The notes under the pieces are model-generated. The model did not search any database. It was given only the letters and a program-made list of their open reading frames with translations, and was not told the DNA's origin. Shown here piece after piece: positions 59,334 through 64,000 of a stretch of 64,000 nucleotides of DNA. Source of the DNA: Prochlorococcus sp. AG-424-P23 (GTDB lineage Bacteria; Cyanobacteriota; Cyanobacteriia; PCC-6307; Cyanobiaceae). The translations under genes were made by a program, and so were the position numbers. The stretch is from the NCBI GenBank assembly GCA_003210135.1, contig QCNK01000005.1, positions 9,683 through 73,682 on the forward strand, in the 5' to 3' direction. How positions within the stretch are numbered: the stretch's first letter is position 1; each line of letters begins with the position of its first letter.

Positions 59334-60227
59334 ATGAATTCACTTTATTACCAGAAAAGATTATCAAGAAATATTGGAGATAAATTCTTTACTTCTTTAT
59401 CAGTAATTTGTGCATTGATCGCGATACTTCCTTTGATTTTTCTCGTGACTTATATTCTCATTAAAGGTGGATCTCAAATCACTCCTGAACTATTTACTTT
59501 AGAACCAAATCCTCCTGGAGATGACTTAGATGCAGGAGGGATTAATCCTGCATTAATAGGGACACTGATAATTACCACCATTGCTTCAATTATTGCGATA
59601 CCAGTAGGTGTCGGAGGAGGTATATATCTAGCTGAATATTCTAAAGGTGGTGCTTTTTCAAGATTTATTAGATTCGGAGTTAATGTTCTGGCGGGAGTTC
59701 CCTCAATAATTGCCGGTGTCTTTATTTATGCCTTAATTGTTTCTACAAAGATCTTGTTTGGGAGTATGTACAGTGGTTTGGCTGGAGGGATGGCGCTTTC
59801 AATATTGATGTTGCCTACTGTGATTAAGACTACTGATGAAGGTTTAAAGTTAGTTCCTAACGAACTGAGATATGCGTCTCTTGGTGTTGGAGCAAGTATG
59901 TATACAACCATATTGAAAGTTACTTTGCCCTCTGCCTTTAGGTCTATTGCTACTGGCGTTGTACTTGGAATCGCAAGAGCTGCAGGTGAAACAGCACCTT
60001 TGATATTTACTGCTTTATTCTCTTACTACTACATAACTGGTTTTGGAGATTTATTTTACGAGATGGGTTCCTTGGCTGTATTGATATATAACTTTGCCCT
60101 TGAACCTTATGATGCGCAGAATAAATTAGCCTGGGCAGCTTCCTTTATTCTTGTTTTGTCGATACTATCAGTAAATATATTTTCTAGGATATTAGCCGCT
60201 TTTACTGAGAAAACTAAGAGAGTATAA
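59334..60227 (+). CDS. pstA: Phosphate ABC transporter permease
   Basis: LAGVPSII, ARAAGETAPL. Confidence 0.95.
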   Translation: MNSLYYQKRLSRNIGDKFFTSLSVICALIAILPLIFLVTYILIKGGSQITPELFTLEPNPPGDDLDAGGINPALIGTLIITTIASIIAIPVGVGGGIYLAEYSKGGAFSRFIRFGVNVLAGVPSIIAGVFIYALIVSTKILFGSMYSGLAGGMALSILMLPTVIKTTDEGLKLVPNELRYASLGVGASMYTTILKVTLPSAFRSIATGVVLGIARAAGETAPLIFTALFSYYYITGFGDLFYEMGSLAVLIYNFALEPYDAQNKLAWAASFILVLSILSVNIFSRILAAFTEKTKRV

Positions 60228-61037
60228 ATGATTAAAACTAATAAAAAAACTCCAAAGAATATAATTTTATCTCTTGAGAATGTCTCAATTAGCTACGGAA
60301 CTTTTGAAGCCGTAAGAAATGTTTTTTGTAACTTTAAAAAAGGGAATATAACCTCCCTTATTGGACCTTCTGGTTGTGGTAAATCAACTGTTCTTAGATC
60401 TCTAAATAGAATGAACGATTTAATTCCTAATTGTTCATTAAAAGGTACCGTCCTCTTTGATGGAACTAATATTTATGACAAAAGAGTAGATCCCGTTGAA
60501 GTGAGAAGAAGAATCGGAATGGTTTTTCAACAACCTAATCCTTTCCCAAAATCTATTTATGAAAATATTGCATTTGGAGCAAGAATTAATGGATTTACTG
60601 GAGATATGGATGAATTAGTTGAAAGTTCACTAAGAAAAGCTGCCTTGTGGGATGAATGTAAGGATAAATTAAATGACAGTGGTTACTCTTTATCAGGCGG
60701 ACAACAACAAAGACTATGTATAGCAAGAACCATTGCGATTGAACCCGAAATAATTCTCATGGATGAGCCATGCTCAGCTTTAGATCCAATCTCTACTTTG
60801 AAAATAGAAGAGACTATGCATGAACTTAAGAAGAATTACACAATAATAATCGTTACTCATAATATGCAGCAGGCGTTAAGAGTTAGTGATATGACTGCAT
60901 TTTTTAATGCAATTGAGTATGAAGATGGTGATGGAGGAAAGGTTGGTTACCTTGCAGAATTTAATTCGACAAAGAAAATTTTTAACTCTCCAAAAGAAAA
61001 AACCACTCAAGAATACATATCAGGTAAATTTGGCTGA
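60228..61037 (+). CDS. pstB: Phosphate ABC transporter ATPase
   Basis: [38 protein letters not shown]. Confidence 0.96.
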   Translation: MIKTNKKTPKNIILSLENVSISYGTFEAVRNVFCNFKKGNITSLIGPSGCGKSTVLRSLNRMNDLIPNCSLKGTVLFDGTNIYDKRVDPVEVRRRIGMVFQQPNPFPKSIYENIAFGARINGFTGDMDELVESSLRKAALWDECKDKLNDSGYSLSGGQQQRLCIARTIAIEPEIILMDEPCSALDPISTLKIEETMHELKKNYTIIIVTHNMQQALRVSDMTAFFNAIEYEDGDGGKVGYLAEFNSTKKIFNSPKEKTTQEYISGKFG

Positions 61038-61432
61038 TGTTAAATTTTTACTTTTTAAAAGAATAATTTTTACTTTTAAGAATGCGTAGGGGTAGACAAA
61101 CAGTATAAATACCTATATAGTTATTTCGAATTAGTGAGTTTATCTTTGAAAAAACTACCCTTTTCTACCTTTCTTGATTTTTGCAGGGGCTCTAATAACA
61201 ACTGCAACAATAGGTTTACCTGTATTTACTTCATAATTTAAAAGTATTTCTATTTCAGGTAATCTTATGGTTTTAGTAAAAAACAAAGAATTAATTGGAA
61301 GTCCTCATAAATCATTAAGAATTGGATATTTATTTGACTTTCTGAAAAAAAGAGAGATTATGAATCTGTGTGTGAGTGAAAAATCTGTATTTAAACCATT
61401 TTTAAAGGTGGTTAATTTCTAATTTATTTATC

Positions 61433-61579
61433 ATGGATAAAACTAAAGAACAGTTAGAAAAATTAAGAGAGGTAGCAGAAGCGTCTCTTACAAAAACAGA
61501 GGAACTTCAGAAAGTTCTTGCTCAAATTGAAGCTTTAATGTCCAGGGAAGAATCACAAAAATTATCTAAGAAGAAATAA
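61433..61579 (+). CDS. 48-aa coiled-coil peptide
   Basis: MDKTKEQLEKLREVAEASLTKTEELQKVLAQIEALMSREESQKLSKKK. Confidence 0.6.
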   Translation: MDKTKEQLEKLREVAEASLTKTEELQKVLAQIEALMSREESQKLSKKK

Positions 61580-61764
61580 TTATTTAAAAAAATAATTTTA
61601 GTTTTTGTACTTTTAATTACACCTCTACAAATTTATTGTAGTTATTAATTGTAGTATGCAGAACCCGTTCCAAAGTTTTCTGTTAGGTCTCGAGGTCTTA
61701 CCTTCTTTAAGTAAAAGACCTCTTTAATTTGTTTGTTTTTATTATATTTTTATAATCTGCTTAT

Positions 61765-62067
61765 TTAGTTGATTACTTTATAGATTTCTTTCGAACATAC
61801 ATTTACGTCGAAAAATTCAGTATTTACAACCTCTAATCCTGTTTTTTCTGTAACTTCAACTTTAGCATTACATTCATCTTGTTTAAGAGCCATAAAACTT
61901 GACTTTTTTTCTTCTATATCTAAATCAATATCAATTTCAGTATTTTCTTCATATTGTTCCATTACAAGGGTAAGGGCCTCTATTTCAACGGAAAAATTCT
62001 CATTGGCTTTTGTTCCAAAAGGAATACTAAGAAATGGAAATAAAATTAAGACTATTAATGTTTTCAT
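61765..62067 (-). CDS. Exported acidic hypothetical protein (100 aa)
   Basis: Signal peptide, two Cys. Confidence 0.6.
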   Translation of the reverse strand: MKTLIVLILFPFLSIPFGTKANENFSVEIEALTLVMEQYEENTEIDIDLDIEEKKSSFMALKQDECNAKVEVTEKTGLEVVNTEFFDVNVCSKEIYKVIN

Positions 62068-62271
62068 TTCTAAAAAATGCGTTTATTTTTTTTATAACGT
62101 GTATTCTCCGCTAAAGAAAGGGGCATTAATTTTTTTATTGCTAAGTTTGAGTGTTCTTTATTTAGTAAACAATTTCTAATTAATCTAAGTGATAAAAATA
62201 TTTAATAAGACTTTTAAGTATAAAATGATATACCTAAATGAATGTTAATTCAATTCTATAGGATTTTTTAC

Positions 62272-62922
62272 TCAAGATTTTATTTCGATAATTTCTTCCT
62301 CAGAAATAATTGCCCATTTTCTAAATGACTTTTTACATGGATACCCTCCTGTTAAGTCTCCAAATGCAGGTAAAAATAAAGTATTTTTATTCTGATCCAT
62401 TGCAAAACATCTAAAGGATAATTTATCTCCTTTGTTTTTTAAATAGAGTTTTGGATGATAATGTCCACAAATATTCAAGGTTTTATTATTTTCTAAATTA
62501 ACTGGTTCATGGCTGAAAATAATATTTTTTGTTTTTCTAGTATTAAAAATTTTTAAACTTTTAATATCACAACCTACATCATGATTGCCAAGGACAAGTT
62601 CAATATTAGTTTTTAGTAGTTCAGGAAGATCCTCGACTTTTTTTTGAAGAGTTTTATCTATTGAAAATTTACTGTGGAATAAATCTCCTAAAATTACTAA
62701 CTTGTCAGGATTATATTTTTTTACTATTTTTTTTAGTCTTGAGAAATTATTTTCATCTGAATTATTAGTAAGAGGAATACCGTTTTGCTGAAAATACTCA
62801 GCTTTCCCAAGATGAACATCGCATATTAACAATTCTTTTGTTTCCACAAGAAATAACGCTCTCGAAGGAAGCATCTCTAGTAATGTATCTTTCCAATAAA
62901 ATTTATAAGAACTTTTTTTCAT
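62272..62922 (-). CDS. pdeM: Ligase-associated DNA damage response endonuclease
   Basis: DVHLGK, LGDLFH, GNHD, SHEP, GHYHP, LPAFG. Confidence 0.9.
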   Translation of the reverse strand: MKKSSYKFYWKDTLLEMLPSRALFLVETKELLICDVHLGKAEYFQQNGIPLTNNSDENNFSRLKKIVKKYNPDKLVILGDLFHSKFSIDKTLQKKVEDLPELLKTNIELVLGNHDVGCDIKSLKIFNTRKTKNIIFSHEPVNLENNKTLNICGHYHPKLYLKNKGDKLSFRCFAMDQNKNTLFLPAFGDLTGGYPCKKSFRKWAIISEEEIIEIKS

Positions 62923-64000
62923 TTAATCACTATATTTTTTTATAAGTTTTTCTACTCTTTTTTCTATTGGCTCATTACTTAAAGTATTTTTAAGTCTCTC
63001 AACTAATAAAGGAAAAGCAAAAGGGGTCGGCGTTTTTATTTCGTTTAGAATGATTTTTAATTCTTTTAATCTTTCTAATGATCTAGATATTCTTTTATTT
63101 TCTAATTGATAATCTTTTACTTCTTGATGTGATTGTCTTATCAAAAGATGGCCTTTTTCATATTTAGTAAAGACATCGTAGAAAAGACTTGAACTTATCT
63201 GAAGTTGAGAAGAGGTTTTTGATTTGGTTGGATTATTTTGATTTACTAGTCCACTTATTTGGGCAATATTTTTAAATCTGCGTTTAGTTAATTCTGAAAA
63301 ATTAATTGCATTTTCTAGATCTTCTTCTAATTTTTTGTTATCCAGAAAGTAATCTACTTCTTTTTTTATTATGGAAAAATCATAATCTTCTGAGGTGGTT
63401 AAGCTGAATCCAAAATCATTAGCAGTAATACTAAATGTAGATTGTTTTACTTTTGCCAATCTTAAAGCCCATAGAAATGCAATTCCTTCATTTACAAATT
63501 TGCCATCAAGTGTAAAAACAAAAAGATTTGATAAATCCTTGGTTTTATATATCTCTATAAGAAATTCGTCTTTTTTGGGAATATTTGAAAGAACCTTTTG
63601 TTTCTCTAATATTGGGCGTAATGAATTTAATTCTGGATTTAAGTAATCATAATTTTTTAATTCATTGCAGAAGTCTATTTCTTTTCTCAAACTTTCACAA
63701 AGTAGATCAGAAATTGCCATTTGACCTCCAACCCATGCAGGAATTAGAGAACTTTTTTTTGTTGATTTTTTAACGTATAAAACCATATCTCTTATTCTTA
63801 CAAATTGAAGCATTTTACCGGCGAAGTAAAAAGTATCTCCTGGATTTAATTTTGATGCAAAATTCTCTTCTAAATTACCTAGTGATTTACCTTTTAAATA
63901 TTTAACACTGACAAATTTGTCACTTGTAATTGTCCCAATATTGAACTTATGCATTCTTATTAAAGATTTGTCTTTTACAAAATATTTAAAGTGTTCATTA
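62923..64000 (-). CDS. Lhr-type ligase-associated DEXH helicase, C-terminal part (5' end beyond window)
   Basis: LEENFASKLNPGDTFYFAGK, KRRFKNIAQISGL, TPFAFPLLVE; frame is open to base 64000. Confidence 0.88.
   Translation of the reverse strand, partial: NEHFKYFVKDKSLIRMHKFNIGTITSDKFVSVKYLKGKSLGNLEENFASKLNPGDTFYFAGKMLQFVRIRDMVLYVKKSTKKSSLIPAWVGGQMAISDLLCESLRKEIDFCNELKNYDYLNPELNSLRPILEKQKVLSNIPKKDEFLIEIYKTKDLSNLFVFTLDGKFVNEGIAFLWALRLAKVKQSTFSITANDFGFSLTTSEDYDFSIIKKEVDYFLDNKKLEEDLENAINFSELTKRRFKNIAQISGLVNQNNPTKSKTSSQLQISSSLFYDVFTKYEKGHLLIRQSHQEVKDYQLENKRISRSLERLKELKIILNEIKTPTPFAFPLLVERLKNTLSNEPIEKRVEKLIKKYSD

Noticed and set aside
61136-61422. Two weak small ORFs after pstB, one apparently frameshifted in an A6 run
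   Set aside because: No motif or RBS support; cannot be distinguished from chance without homologues.
4031-63773. Many antisense or overlapping ORFs in the track (e.g. 4031-4228, 8653-8925, 13809-14222, 30703-31067, 55887-56357, 58523-58945, 63395-63773)
   Set aside because: Shadow frames of well-supported genes, with low-complexity Ser/Phe/Leu-rich translations and no motifs.
1-64000. CRISPR array, tRNA, rRNA, IS element, intein in nrdJ
   Set aside because: No repeat-spacer periodicity (the 52649 repeat is a direct tandem copy without spacers), no cloverleaf or transposase motifs seen, and NrdJ has normal length with continuous motifs.

Overview
AT-rich segment of a marine picocyanobacterial chromosome. 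Gene content and order (nrdJ, prfC, hslO, phnDCE, ispG, nadA, aroB, purK-6S RNA, phoBR-porin-pstS-ars-pstCAB, pdeM-Lhr) match high-light Prochlorococcus as I recall it. Left end (1-7.8 kb): a divergent type IV pilus locus, with PilP?/M/N/O-like genes on the minus strand and pilB-pilT-pilC on the plus strand. It is followed by a glutamine-II (Downstream-peptide) riboswitch controlling a 33-aa DUF4278 peptide. 10-34 kb: core housekeeping genes. 34.3-49 kb: an island-like tract of about 35 small ORFs. It holds two DUF1651 paralogues with matching LexA-box promoters flanking an adenylation-domain-only NAD-dependent ligase, plus an hli gene, candidate sRNAs and a DnaA-box-like cluster. 49-61 kb: phosphate acquisition and arsenate detoxification locus with no alkaline phosphatase. 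The right end cuts an Lhr-type helicase. No rRNA, tRNA, integrase, transposase or CRISPR array was seen. The most unusual observation is a DUF4278-like (twin YRG) module fused in frame to the C-terminus of the PilM-like protein. All family assignments are by motif recognition and recall, not database search.
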